DNA of 62,215 nucleotides, filler included. It is 9 parts of 9 records of this genome, joined end to end, with 100 filler letters (N's around TTAATTAATTAA, not from the genome) between each part and the next. Parts side by side here need not be neighbours in the genome. Positions count along the whole stretch, not along the records: positions 20,232 to 25,848 come from SRR31147125_128765; positions 25,949 to 32,835 come from SRR31147125_128782; positions 32,936 to 39,866 come from SRR31147125_128838; 6 more parts are not named here. One strand, written 5' to 3'. Made by a program: the position numbers and the translations under genes. This document shows, in pieces, positions 24,133 through 35,659 of this stretch (position 1 is its first letter; every line of letters begins with the position of its first letter). Below the pieces are notes generated by a model. It saw only the letters and a list, made by a program, of their open reading frames with translations, was not told where the DNA came from and searched no databases.

Positions 24133-25245
24133 TTATTCGTTATCTTCAAGAGAAAAAACGGTGTTGGTAATACCCAGGTTGTCAAGAATCGACGAGGACA
24201 TACTGAGGACCTCCAGAGACGGCATGATCTGCTCGAGCATATAGTTGTATTTGCTCACCCCGGAAGGTGCCACATACACGATATCGTCCTTGACCAGAGC
24301 ATAGTTCTCTGAGAAATCCCCCTGTTCGAGCATCATGCCGAAATCCACCTGCTTGATGGTTGCCTGAGGTCCCTCCTGCCTGATGATGAAAACTTTTTCG
24401 AGATTCGCCTTGGTGGTGTAGCCACCGGAGCGCATCACTGCATCCACCAGGTTCAGCCCGCGCTTGAGCATGACCGGCCCGGGCTCTTCCACCTCTCCCA
24501 GAACCATGATCATCTCGTCTTCGGCCTCAGGGATGAAGATCACGTCATTGTTCAGGATTCTGGCGTTGAGCGCCATATTCCCGTTGTCGAGGAGGTCACG
24601 GAGATCTATCCAGATAACGGTATCCTTCCCCCGGATAATCGCACACTTGGTCAGGAAGGTTTCTTTGCCGATGTGGGGAAGACCGCCCGCCAGGGCCAGG
24701 GCCTCGAGCAGCGTCCCGTCACCAGGGAAATTGACAACACCGGGCTCGCTCACCCTGCCGAGCACAAACGCCTTGTTGTTATGAAACTGCCTGACAATGA
24801 TGGTTGCCTCGGGCGATTCATAGCTCTTTTCAAGAATGGCGGTAATCTCCTCACTCAACTCCGCGACGGTCTTTCCTTTCACATTGAGAACCCCGACTTT
24901 GGGCAGAGAGATCACTCCATCCGGCGCAACCACAATGTCCTTACGGGAAATTTCCGCTCTCCTCCAGATTGAGATATCCATCACATCGCCGGGTCCGAGA
25001 AGGTACTCGCCCTGGACCGCATTGGAAAATTCTTTAATTCGTGCAGAAGACGCGAACTGTTTGATCGTCTCCTTGGTCTGCAGATGAAATTCAGGCGGAG
25101 GCGCTGTTCCAGTGCCTTCACTCTCCACGTCAGGTTCGCTCGGTACGGGGGTGAGATGGGCCTTCGAGCAGCCGCCAAGAAGCAAAATTATGGAAACCAG
25201 ATAGATGAGGTGTCGATATCGGGTGCGTATTCTCGTCATAGCCAT
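24133..25245 (-). CDS. wza: Wza-family polysaccharide export lipoprotein
   Basis: Lipobox LLGGC; EYLLGPGD, PDGVISLP, LLEALALAGG SLBB motifs. Confidence 0.9.
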   Translation of the reverse strand: MAMTRIRTRYRHLIYLVSIILLLGGCSKAHLTPVPSEPDVESEGTGTAPPPEFHLQTKETIKQFASSARIKEFSNAVQGEYLLGPGDVMDISIWRRAEISRKDIVVAPDGVISLPKVGVLNVKGKTVAELSEEITAILEKSYESPEATIIVRQFHNNKAFVLGRVSEPGVVNFPGDGTLLEALALAGGLPHIGKETFLTKCAIIRGKDTVIWIDLRDLLDNGNMALNARILNNDVIFIPEAEDEMIMVLGEVEEPGPVMLKRGLNLVDAVMRSGGYTTKANLEKVFIIRQEGPQATIKQVDFGMMLEQGDFSENYALVKDDIVYVAPSGVSKYNYMLEQIMPSLEVLSMSSSILDNLGITNTVFSLEDNE

Positions 25246-25421
25246 ATTCGTAAGGGTTATCCGGTAATGGGTAACACTATCGTTGCCTGACAGAATTTAT
25301 GCAATTTTCAATCCCAAACAGTATATTCCTCATAACATATTGTTATTATATTAATACTTAACCAGAGAGCAGCTCCTGCAAATCAAAAAACATTACGGAA
25401 TGAAAGACCGCCGCCGGAAAA

Positions 25422-25848
25422 CTATTTCCTATTGGCAGGAGTGGCAGAAGCGGCTGGACGCAACAGGGCAAAGGGGAAGCAGAACAGGAGGGAGCCGATG
25501 GACAGTTTTTCCAGAATTTTCAGAAACACGACCGGAAGGACCAGACCTGCGGCGACTCCGGTAACAAGATGAACCGACGGGCTGGAGATATGCAGGAAGT
25601 GCTGCAGGATGATGCGCAGTCCTGAGGCAGCGATGATATGCATACAGAAGATCTCCAGGGAGTAGCGCCCGAGAAATGAACACGCGGATGCGACAGCACC
25701 ACCCACCAGCCGGCTCAGCACGATGGCGGACCCCATCCCGGTGAGCGCCAGGGAAAACTGCATCAGCGGCGAGTCCGCCGGATAATAGCCCTTGAACACC
25801 ACCACGTAACAGAGAAGCAGGAAACAGACCGGCAAAGCCAGGAAGGGG
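25422..25848 (-). CDS. Acyltransferase-3 (OafA-like) membrane protein, C-terminal fragment
   Basis: FLGRYSLEIFCMH motif and TM helices. Confidence 0.8.
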
Positions 25849-25948
25849 NNNNNNNNNNNNNNNNNNNNNNNNNNNNNNNNNNNNNNNNNNNNTTAATTAA
25901 TTAANNNNNNNNNNNNNNNNNNNNNNNNNNNNNNNNNNNNNNNNNNNN

Positions 25949-26535
25949 TTTTTTGCTTGAACTGAAGCGCCCTTGAAATCTCCCGCCTGATAGAGTTTAT
26001 GCCCACATTTCTCCTCGTCCGGCAACAATCTGAAAGAAATGCTGGCTCTATTGAGCATAAGGCCCATATGAACGATTGTCTGTGCCGTCTCCCTCGAGAA
26101 ATTGCATCCGACGTACAGGCAGTTTTCAGCATCATCATCCATCACGACCCCTTTTTCGATCATGATCTCGATGATGGCATTTCGGTTGCCGGCAACACTT
26201 TGTTTCTGTCGTTGTATGGATTGTGTTATTTCTTCCGGAGCCAGCCCTTTGGCCAGCAGCTTCGATCTGAAGTCGATCATCAATTCTTCATGATCGTAAT
26301 TACCCACACACCACTCTTGGAGTTTACCGTCATTGAGTGTGGTATAAAATATCTCCGCTGTTTCAGGGGTCCATTCGAGAAGCCCCTTTTCAAGTGCCGC
26401 AGCAATCACCCCGCGGCCGCGCGGAGTAAACGATTCCTTGTTTAACACTTCACCAACCCTGTCGGCTACCTGACACATCATACAGAATCGGCACGCCCAG
26501 ATTGTTTCGAACCTTTCTTCTTCATTCAAAAACAT
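25949..26535 (-). CDS. Fe-S/CCG-domain oxidoreductase subunit (GlcF/HdrD-like), 3' truncated
   Basis: CRFCMMC, TPRGR, LYVGC, EEKCGH..AG. Confidence 0.8.
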
Positions 26536-26572
26536 ATTTTCTCCATTGAGGGTGATCGTAATATTTACAATT

Positions 26573-28018
26573 TCAGACTCGTCTGGCAAAACCGAATTTA
26601 CCAGGGTTCATAATACCCTGGGGGTCCATAGCATCTTTTATGCTCTGCATGTAAGGCCATGCACTGCCATATTGTTCCGGCATGAGCCAGCCGAGTTTGA
26701 ATCCTATACCATGGTGATCATTTAATACCCCTCCATGTTCCAGCGAAGTTCTTGCGGCTTTGGCCCAGACGGCGTTATGCAGTTGTAGTGCCTCCTCGGG
26801 GTCTTCCGGTGGTTGCGGAATAATGAACCGATCGTAGGTCATGACCCCCCATGGAAACCAGTGGCTGAAATGGGCTATGTATTTCGCATTCCACTCCTGA
26901 AAACCTTTTTCTATGGCTTCCTTTTTCTTAAGATGAATATTGTATATCTTGTCGTACGTTGTCGTGGTTTCTACAGTTCCTGTCAGTTCCGGCAGCATAA
27001 GATTGTGGGGCGGGAAATAAAAATCATAGCGATGTTTCCACCAGTGTTCCCCTGACTCGCTTCCCAGATCCTTGCCCTGGCAGCCGGTACACACATCATC
27101 GATTTTTTTCATTTCAAGGGCAACAAAATCCTCTTCACCTTCTGATCCGACTACCATATAGCTACCGGGCAAATCGAGCCCGAGTACTCCTTTTACGATT
27201 CGTTCACTCGAGTTCTGGTCATATAGCCTTATGGTATTGGGGCGAAGTCTCTTATCCACCATCATTTGGCGGCCTGCCTCCAGCCCCTGCTTTACATCAT
27301 TAAACAAATACGCCCTGAATCTGCGAGATTCCGGTAACGGCTCGATTCGTATCGAGATCTCGGTAATTACCCCCAATGTTCCCTCGGAACCTACAAATAT
27401 CTGAAGCAAGCTCGGGCCGCAGGCGTGATTCGGAACGGTAAGGGTCCTCATGATATCCCCTTGAGCTGTAACAACTTCAAGGCTGATGACCATGTCTTCC
27501 GCCTTCCCGTACTTGGTCGACAGAGTGCCGGCTCCTCGCGCAGCAATATAACCACCCAGGGTTGCACCGTATACCGAGGCCGGGTAATGAGCCAGGGTCA
27601 GGCCTTGCTGGTTAAGGGTCTTTTCGAGCCGGTATCCACTGATTCCGGGTTGGGCGGTAACGATTAACGACTCCTTGTCGATATTGAGAATTCTGCTCAT
27701 TTTTTTCATATCTAGGACGATTCCGCCATACAAAGGGGTAACCCCGCCCTGTGACCCAGTTCCCCCGCTGTAAGGGATTACCGGTACCCTATGCCTCAAG
27801 GCAGTTTTCAGGACTGCAGCAACCTGCCCGGTGCTTTCCGGGTGCACGATCAAATCAGGCTTTCGGAGTGGCAACCCCCGGTCCACCCATATCTGGGGAG
27901 CTGCGTAATAATCGAGACTGTATGAAAGCAAATCCGGCTCGCTTGTACTGACACCTTCCCAGCCTACAGCGTCTATCAATTCGGTTTTAATCTGGTTGAG
28001 CAGGAAATCGGTTGACAT
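26573..28018 (-). CDS. FAD-linked oxidoreductase, VAO/PCMH family (GlcD / alkyl-DHAP-synthase-like)
   Basis: PYSGGTGSQGG, HYPAS, ATLGGYIAARGAG, GSEGTLGVITE, HHGIG, DPQGIMNPGK. Confidence 0.88.
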   Translation of the reverse strand: MSTDFLLNQIKTELIDAVGWEGVSTSEPDLLSYSLDYYAAPQIWVDRGLPLRKPDLIVHPESTGQVAAVLKTALRHRVPVIPYSGGTGSQGGVTPLYGGIVLDMKKMSRILNIDKESLIVTAQPGISGYRLEKTLNQQGLTLAHYPASVYGATLGGYIAARGAGTLSTKYGKAEDMVISLEVVTAQGDIMRTLTVPNHACGPSLLQIFVGSEGTLGVITEISIRIEPLPESRRFRAYLFNDVKQGLEAGRQMMVDKRLRPNTIRLYDQNSSERIVKGVLGLDLPGSYMVVGSEGEEDFVALEMKKIDDVCTGCQGKDLGSESGEHWWKHRYDFYFPPHNLMLPELTGTVETTTTYDKIYNIHLKKKEAIEKGFQEWNAKYIAHFSHWFPWGVMTYDRFIIPQPPEDPEEALQLHNAVWAKAARTSLEHGGVLNDHHGIGFKLGWLMPEQYGSAWPYMQSIKDAMDPQGIMNPGKFGFARRV

Positions 28019-28167
28019 GAAACACTCCTTGGGTTGGATTTCTTTTGCTTAGACACTTTCCATAAAATGTGATATATTCTGAAGTTATTATCGAGACCAA
28101 ACTCAATTGTCAAGCATTAATCATCATAATATCTCACTTTATTTCACCTTATCTCGTGGAGTTTTTG

Positions 28168-28932
28168 ATGTATCCATTTGAACGCCTCAACAAAGTAGTC
28201 GGCCTGCTGAAAGAAAAAGGCCAGATCAGAGTCGGCGACGACGCTAAGGTGCTGGGGGTTTCTTATTCAACCCTGCATCGTGATCTTGATGTCCTAGAGC
28301 AGCAAGGAGTGGTCGAGAAGGTCAGAGGCGGCGCTGTGCTCACGGAAAAACAAGATGTTTCCTCACATTTTACCAAGCGCCTCTCTCAGCAGAACAAGGA
28401 AAAAACCGTCATTGCTAAAAAAACCGCCGAGTTGATAAAAGACGATACCTGTATATTTATCGATCACTCGACTACCTCTATCTACTTGGCCCGAGAGCTT
28501 GCCCAAAAGGGATTTCTAAACCTCGTAATCTTGACCAATTCCCTCTTCCTGTCCCGGGAGTTTGCCGGGACAACCGGAATAAAGGTGATGCTGACGGGAG
28601 GCGAAGCCAGCCACGAGCTTGGGGCGATCAGCGGCAACTGGGTTCTGAAATTTTTTAAATTCATCAATGTACACCAGATATTTTTATCGGTGGGTGCACT
28701 GTCCCCCGATAAAGGATTCATGACTCAACTACCTTTTATCAATGAGATTTTTCCCGAAATGTTCCAGCTGGACATCCCAGTTATAGTTATGGCGGACAGC
28801 TCAAAATTCCACAAAGTATGCACCTTTCATATATCGGATATAGAAAGTGCGCAGACAATTGTGACGAACAATGCCATACCTGCCGACATTGCCAAAGCTA
28901 TCAAGGAGAAAGGAATTGAACTGATCACGTAA
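28168..28932 (+). CDS. DeoR/GlpR-family transcriptional regulator
   Basis: LGVSYSTLHRDLDVLE..KVRGGA HTH; IFIDHSTT, TNS and DSSKF sensor motifs. Confidence 0.93.
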   Translation: MYPFERLNKVVGLLKEKGQIRVGDDAKVLGVSYSTLHRDLDVLEQQGVVEKVRGGAVLTEKQDVSSHFTKRLSQQNKEKTVIAKKTAELIKDDTCIFIDHSTTSIYLARELAQKGFLNLVILTNSLFLSREFAGTTGIKVMLTGGEASHELGAISGNWVLKFFKFINVHQIFLSVGALSPDKGFMTQLPFINEIFPEMFQLDIPVIVMADSSKFHKVCTFHISDIESAQTIVTNNAIPADIAKAIKEKGIELIT

Positions 28933-29195
28933 GTCGTGCGAACACCTGACGATTGCCGATGATTACTGACATGTTGTGCGATAACATGACATATACTTCT
29001 TGACAATATCTTATTTCTTTTCTAATTGTACCGTATGCGTTCATGCTGAAGGCATGGGTTTCCAATCGGCAAATCATTTGTTCGGAACCTTGGGCCTGAC
29101 TTGCGAATTGCCGGTTTAATCAAAAACGGTTACTGCTCAGCAAGGCATAGATTAAGGGCTTAAAAGCCTTGCTAAAAACAACAAGGAGGTACGTA

Positions 29196-30182
29196 ATGCG
29201 TCACATTATCGTAGCTTTATCGATTTTGATGTTGTTGGGTTTTCACACGACAACATTTGCCAAGACCCTAGTTCGTGTCGGCAGCATTCAGTCAGAAACT
29301 TTCTATATGAATAAGTATATGGAAAAGTTTTTTGAGATTGTGAATGAAAAAACCAACGATGCGTACGAGTTCAAAGTTTTCTACTCGAGTGTTCTCGGAA
29401 GTGAAACTTCCATGCTGGAACAGATGCAAATGGGTACCCTCGAGATGCAGTTCGGGTATACCGCAATCATGCCGAACTACGTCAAGGAATTTGAAGCGAT
29501 CGGTCTGCCAGGTGTTCTGGCCAACTTTGATGAAGTACACACCATAATGAATGGTAAGATCGGCCAGGAGCTTGCCGATAATTTTTTGGAGAAAACTGGC
29601 GTCAGGATTTTATGGTTTGTCGATCAAGCTTACCGGAACATCTGGCTTAAGGACAAGGAAGTTCAGACGCTTGCCGACCTCAAGGGAATCAAGATCCGCT
29701 CCCCGAATTCCCCTCTGTACATAGAAATTCTTCGAACCCTCGGCATGAATCCGACTCCGCTGCCTTTTGGCGACATTTATACCGCCGTTCAGACACATGT
29801 GGTTGATGGACACGAGCAGGAAGATCCCGGTGTCATCGCAATGAAATTCTACGAGATTGAAAACCGGGGGGTTATAACCCACCATGTTTACCAGTCAGCC
29901 ATCTGGGAAATGAGTGATATTTTCTATCAGAAACTTTCTCCAGAACATCAGCAAATTTTCGACGAAGCCGCCAAAGAGGCCGGAATCTGGTTCAGGCCGT
30001 ACACCGGTGAAGTTGCGGAAAAGGAAGCCCAGAAAGAACTGATCGAAAAACATGGTTTTAAAATCACCAAACTCGACCCAGCCGAACTGGCACCGTTGTT
30101 TGTCCCGATGGTAGACAAATATGCTGAAGAGAGAGGAATTCTTGATTTCGTTCAACGTATACGCAAGGAGCTTGGCAAATAA
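29196..30182 (+). CDS. dctP: TRAP transporter substrate-binding protein
   Basis: AAGGAGG RBS; signal peptide; DLKGIKIRS, PTPLPFGDIYTAVQTHVVDG. Confidence 0.92.
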   Translation: MRHIIVALSILMLLGFHTTTFAKTLVRVGSIQSETFYMNKYMEKFFEIVNEKTNDAYEFKVFYSSVLGSETSMLEQMQMGTLEMQFGYTAIMPNYVKEFEAIGLPGVLANFDEVHTIMNGKIGQELADNFLEKTGVRILWFVDQAYRNIWLKDKEVQTLADLKGIKIRSPNSPLYIEILRTLGMNPTPLPFGDIYTAVQTHVVDGHEQEDPGVIAMKFYEIENRGVITHHVYQSAIWEMSDIFYQKLSPEHQQIFDEAAKEAGIWFRPYTGEVAEKEAQKELIEKHGFKITKLDPAELAPLFVPMVDKYAEERGILDFVQRIRKELGK

Positions 30183-30219
30183 TAAGCTCGGAAGCAACTC
30201 ATAGACATACTTAAGGCTG

Positions 30220-30696
30220 ATGACTATGAAGAATTTGCATATAAAGCTGGCTGAATGGGTGATCATTGTCTCTTTTACAATGGTCGTCCTGACGACTTTT
30301 GCCCAGGTCGTATTCCGATATGTTGTGAATTTTTCACTTCCCTGGACCGATGAGCTCTCACGATACTGTTTTGTCTGGCTCGTATACAGCGGAATGGTCA
30401 TCAGCTTGGTTCGAGGGGAACACGCTGTTGTTTCCCTGTTTACCGACCTTATCAAGGGAAAGCCCAAGGTTGCCTTGATAACGCTGGTCGACTGCCTCGT
30501 TTTTGTCCTTTTCGTTTTCCTGATGATTGGTGGAATTCAGGTCATGAACATGTCTATTGGGCAAAATACCTCAGGCCTGGGTATTCCTAAAATGTTTGTA
30601 TACGCAGCCCTACCGTTCGGTGCATTGCTGATGCTAACAGAATTGGTTAAGAGACTTTTCAGACGTTTTTACCCAGAAAAGGCGGAATTCACATGA
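30220..30696 (+). CDS. dctQ: TRAP transporter small permease
   Basis: QVVFRYV..PWTDELSRY; 4 TM helices. Confidence 0.92.
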   Translation: MTMKNLHIKLAEWVIIVSFTMVVLTTFAQVVFRYVVNFSLPWTDELSRYCFVWLVYSGMVISLVRGEHAVVSLFTDLIKGKPKVALITLVDCLVFVLFVFLMIGGIQVMNMSIGQNTSGLGIPKMFVYAALPFGALLMLTELVKRLFRRFYPEKAEFT

Positions 30697-31978
30697 TCGT
30701 TGTAGCCTTATTCGGGATATTTATATTGCTGCTGCTGGTCGGAGTGCCGATAGCCTTTTCAATCGGCCTGTCAGTACTTCTGGTAATCATGGCGAACGGT
30801 TTGCCAGTTATGGCCCTATCCCAGAAAATACTTCATGCCGCAGACAGTTTTTCACTCTTGGCAATACCGCTGTTTATCCTGTCCGGTGAGTTGATGAACA
30901 GGGGCGGCTTAACGATTCGCCTGGTTAATTTTGCACACTCCGTTGTTGGCCACATACGCGGCGGTCTCGGACAAACATCGGTTCTTGCAAGTATGATTTT
31001 TGCGGGTATTTCAGGGTCTGCAGTTGCCGATACTACAGCGATTGGCTCCATCATGGTTCCGTCCATGATCAAGAAAAATACAAACCCGCTTTTGTTGCGG
31101 CACTTCAGGCCAGCGCGGGAACGGTCGGACCAATCATCCCCCCGAGCATTTTAATGATCCTATACGGTTCAATTACCGAGATATCCATAGGGGGACTGTT
31201 TTTGGCCGGATTTGTTCCGGGAATCCTGATTGGCCTCGGTTTGATGCTTGTTGTGTACATTTTTTCGAGTAAACGGTTTCATCCTGACGTGGAAAAAGAG
31301 CAGAGGGTGCCTGTAAAGCAGGTTTCCTCGGAGTTTTTGACCGCCATACCCGCCTTGATCATGCCGATAATAATCATAGTCGGCATATCTTCGGGCATTT
31401 TCACCGCCACCGAGGCCGGGACGGTTGCGGTCGCCTACTCATTTATCGTGGGCAAATTTTACTACAAGGAATTTGAACTAAAAGATATTCCGGAAATGCT
31501 CATTTCTTCGGCGTCAACAACGGCTATGGTCATGTCGATCATAGTCTTTGCGGCCGTATTTGGATGGCTTCTTGCCTGGCAGATGTTCCCTTCCGCCGCT
31601 GCGGAGTTTATGGGAAGCGTCACCCCGAATAAATACATTTTCCTGTTAATTGTAATCTGCTTCCTACTTGTTCTGGGAACCATCATGGAGGTGCTTGCGA
31701 TAGCAACCATTTTCGGCCCGCTTCTCAATACGCTGGGGCAACAATACGGGTTTGATCCGATTTTTTTCGGAATAATAATGGTGATTGTCATGCAACTGGG
31801 GGGAATAACCCCGCCTGTCGGCATCCTGCTCAACATCAGCTGCGGTCTTGCCCGTATTAAAACGGGTCCGACCATACCTTATTTGTGGGCTTTTGTTCTG
31901 GTGATGCTGCTGGTGGTCACTTTAACGATCATTTTCCCGCCTATTGCCATGTACCTGCCGGACACGATTTTAAAATAG
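30693..31978 (+). CDS. dctM: TRAP transporter large permease (1-nt deletion at A-run 31074-31078)
   Basis: LLAIPLFILSG, GISGSAVAD, restored IIPPSI, FTATEAG, ITPPVG. Confidence 0.92.
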
Positions 31979-32070
31979 CTTTTACTGCCTTTGGCCTTAA
32001 GTCCGAAGGGCTGTATGAGCTTATACGACACCCCTATCAAATCAAAATGTCAATTCAACTGGAAAGTAAT

Positions 32071-32835
32071 ATGAGCAAGTTAAATATCGATGTCAAGGAG
32101 CTTGGCGTATTGGTCACTGGAGGAGGCAAGGGCATCGGCAAAGCTATGAGTGAAGGGTTTGCTTCCAGCGGGGCAAAAGTCGTGATTGCAGATATCGTGA
32201 ATCCGAATCACGTGCCCAAAAATCTGGACTCAACCGACTCCATACGTTTTATCAAGATGGATGTTGCAGATCCGGACAGTGTTCAGGGCGCAGTCGAGCG
32301 GGTGACAGCAGTACAAAACATAGATGTGCTCATCAACTGTGCCGGTATAATCCACAAGGCAACCGCCGAAGATATGGCTTTCGCTGAGTGGCGGAAAGTC
32401 CTGGACATTAACCTTACAGGAACCATGCTCTGCGTGAAGGCAGTTGTTCCGAAGATGAAGAGCAAAGGCAGCGGCAGGATCATCAGCCTTTCCTCCATGC
32501 AGGCGTATATGGGAACCGCCACATACGGCGCCTATACGGCAAGCAAGGCAGGCCTTTGCGGTGTCACCAGGGTTTGGGCCTCCGAACTTGCACCCCACGG
32601 TATTACCGTTAATACATTGTGCCCAAGCTTTGTCAATACCCCAATGATAGAAGAAGCAATCGATCGCTTTGCGCTTGAAAAGCAAATCAGCCGGGCGGAA
32701 TCATATCAACAGTTTGTCAGCCAGGTTCCCCAGAAGAGAATCCTGGACCCTGAAGAGATTGTCTTCACCGCTCTGTTCCTGGCATCACCTCTAGCTCAAA
32801 GCATAACCGGTCAGAACATTCTTACCGCCGGAGGC
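32071..32835 (+). CDS. Short-chain dehydrogenase/reductase, nearly complete
   Basis: TGGGKGIG, NCAG, YTASK. Confidence 0.92.
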
Positions 32836-32935
32836 NNNNNNNNNNNNNNNNNNNNNNNNNNNNNNNNNNNNNNNNNNNNTTAATTAATTAANNNNNNNNN
32901 NNNNNNNNNNNNNNNNNNNNNNNNNNNNNNNNNNN

Positions 32936-33978
32936 GCGCGCACCTGCGGCAGCGTCACATGGCTTTCATCGACGAACAGGACAAAATCCTTCGGAAAGTA
33001 ATCGATGAGCGTCATGGGTGCGGAGCCCGGCGGACGCCCGGTGATGACGCGGGAATAGTTTTCAATGCCGGTGCAATAGCCGAGCTCGCGCATCATCTCA
33101 ATGTCGTACATCGTGCGCTGATGCAGCCGCTGGGCCTCCACCAGCTTGTTCTGACTCTCGAAATACTCGATTCGCTCCACAAGCTCCTTCTGGATTTCCT
33201 TAATGGCGCGCTCCATTTTTTCTTCCGTCGTAACATAGTGCGAGGCCGGATAAATCGCCACGTGAGACAGATTATGGACCGGCATACCTGTTACGACGTT
33301 TATTTCGCTGATTCGTTCGATTTCATCGCCAAAAAATTCGACGCGGATAGCATTTTCCCGCGCGTACGCCGGAAAAATCTCCACCGTGTCGCCACGGACC
33401 CGGAACATATTGCGCTCGAAGGCAATATCGTTTCGCCCATAGCGGATTTCCGTGAGCTTTTTAAGGAGCGCGTCACGGTCCCGCGTCTGGCCGACGCGCA
33501 GGGAAACAACTAGGTTGGCGTAATCAATCGGATCGCCCAGGCCATAGATGCAGCTGACAGACGACACGACGATGACGTCCCGCCGCTCAAAAAGCGACGA
33601 CGTCGCCGAATGGCGCAGCCGCTCAATCTCGTCGTTGATGGAGCTGTCCTTTTCAATATACGTATCCGTGTGGGGGATATAGGCCTCCGGCTGATAATAG
33701 TCGTAATACGACACAAAGAATTCAACGGCATTTTCAGGGAAAAACTCTTTAAACTCGCTGCACAGCTGCGCGGCCAGCGTCTTATTGTGCGCCAGGATAA
33801 GGGTCGGCCGCTGGAGCTTCTCGATGATCTTGGCCATCGTATACGTCTTGCCCGAGCCGGTAACGCCGAGAAGCGTCTGCTCCTCAAACCCCAGCTCGAC
33901 GCCGTTGGCCAGCGCCTCAATCGCCTCGGGCTGGTCGCCGGAGGGTTCATATTCACTTATAACTTTAAAATCTGGCAT
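32936..33978 (-). CDS. uvrB: Excinuclease ABC subunit B, 3' truncated
   Basis: [38 protein letters not shown]. Confidence 0.98.
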
Positions 33979-34034
33979 ATCTAACCTCAATGCATAACAA
34001 AAACAACATTTTCTCCGCGGTATCCATTACCGCC

Positions 34035-34105
34035 GTAGGGGCGGATTCCATATCCGCCTGTGGGTAATTTGTATTATTTCGGGCGGATATGGAATCCGCC
34101 CCTAC
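34035..34105. repeat. GTAG-family REP doublet (REPIN-like)
   Basis: GTAGGGGCGGATTCCATATCCGCC (34035-34058) and its exact reverse complement (34082-34105); each copy is itself a hairpin. Confidence 0.85.
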
Positions 34106-34171
34106 ATTTATAACGCTCCGGTATGCAGCCCGCTGAGAGCAGCGTCCCCAGCACTTATATTGGTAGAACAA

Positions 34172-34954
34172 TCACACCAAAAGCTCCCGCAGGGCGTCAA
34201 ACACCCTCGGGCTCGTAATGATCAGATGATCGCTGCGGATGCTTTCAGGAAGGCTCTCGTCCGATGCTTTAAAATAACCCACCGCGGCGCCGGCCTCTTT
34301 GGCAATGAGCTTGGCCGCCGCGACGTCCCAGGCACTGAGCGTCGCCTCGTAATAGCCCTGCAGACGCCCGCAGGCCACCCAGCAGATATCGAGCGCGGCG
34401 GAACCGAGCCGTCTGATATCCCGGATATGCGGGAGGACCCGCTCGATACGCTCTGTCAGCGTTTTAACGTCGTCCTTTACATAGGGAAAGCCCGTTGCTA
34501 CAAGGCAGGTTCCCAAATCATCTGTATCCTTCACGCCAATCCGCCTACCGTTTAAATAAGCGCCTACGCCTTCGGCGGCGTAAAACAGCTCGTCCAGAAA
34601 CGGATTGTAGACAACGCCGGCCCGCACCTGCCCGGCTTCGGCATACGCGATGGAGACGGCCGCCATGAAGTGGCCGTTGGCGTAATTCACCGTACCGTCA
34701 ATGGGGTCGATAACCCAGGTCGGCTTCCCCAGATCATAATTGCGCTCCGTGTCCTCCTCGGAAAGGAACGTATGGTTTGGGTAGAGCTTTTGTATTTCGC
34801 TCTTAATAATATCGTTTGAAATGAGGTCGGCGTTTGTCACGAGCTCAACGCCGTATTTCATATCCTCTGTCAGCGCGTCCTCGTCCCGAAGCTGTTTGAT
34901 CTTCTCTCCGGCCAGGCGCGCGATGCGAATGGTTTCTTTGAGTAGTTGTTCCAA
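34172..34954 (-). CDS. suhB: Inositol monophosphatase family protein
   Basis: WVIDPIDGTVNY, RRLGSAALDIC, WDVAAA; TTG start inferred. Confidence 0.88.
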   Translation of the reverse strand: MEQLLKETIRIARLAGEKIKQLRDEDALTEDMKYGVELVTNADLISNDIIKSEIQKLYPNHTFLSEEDTERNYDLGKPTWVIDPIDGTVNYANGHFMAAVSIAYAEAGQVRAGVVYNPFLDELFYAAEGVGAYLNGRRIGVKDTDDLGTCLVATGFPYVKDDVKTLTERIERVLPHIRDIRRLGSAALDICWVACGRLQGYYEATLSAWDVAAAKLIAKEAGAAVGYFKASDESLPESIRSDHLIITSPRVFDALRELLV

Positions 34955-34979
34955 AATAGTCTCCGTATCATTAGTAATC

Positions 34980-35659
34980 CTAAGCCTGCTGAAAAAAGCC
35001 GTTGTCGGCCAGGGAGACAAAGTCGTCGTCAGCCACAATGATGTGGTCGGCTAAAACAATATCGACGGCGCTCAGCGCGCTTTCAATGCGGCGCGTCGTC
35101 TGCTGATCCTCCTGGGACGGCAGGGCTATCCCGCTCGTATGGTTGTGGGCGATGATGACGCTGGTGGAATTATATAAAAGCGCGTTTTCGACGATCTTCC
35201 GGATACTGACATTGGCCGAATTGACGCTGCCGCGAAACAGCAGCTTGCAGTTTAGCGCCTTGCACTTCGCGTCCAGGCAAACCATGTAGACCGTCTCGTC
35301 GCGTTCGGCATAAAAATACGGCAGCAGATAGCGTCCGGCCTTTTCCGTGGAATCGAGAATATCCTTAAGGCTCGTGCGCGACATCAGATACCGCCGGCTG
35401 ACCTGGGGTATGAGCTTGATGTACAGCGCTGAATTGGCGCTGATGCCGGGCACCTTGGAAAGCTCGTCGGCCGGCGCGTCAAAAACGGCGGCCAGGGAGC
35501 CGAAACGGCCCATCAGCTCGTGGGCGATGGGATTGACGTCGCCCCGGGGCAGTGCGTAGAAAAGCAGCAGCTCCAAAACGCTGTGGTCGTCGAAATTTTC
35601 AAGTCCGTGCTCTGAAAACCTTTTTTCATCCGCTCCCGGTGCCCGTCGTGAACGCTCAT
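34980..35659 (-). CDS. radC: RadC/JAB-domain protein (1-nt deletion near 35621)
   Basis: MSVHDGHRERMK.., LELLLFYALPRGDVN, AHNHTSG, DHIIV; ATGA overlap with pyrE. Confidence 0.9.
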
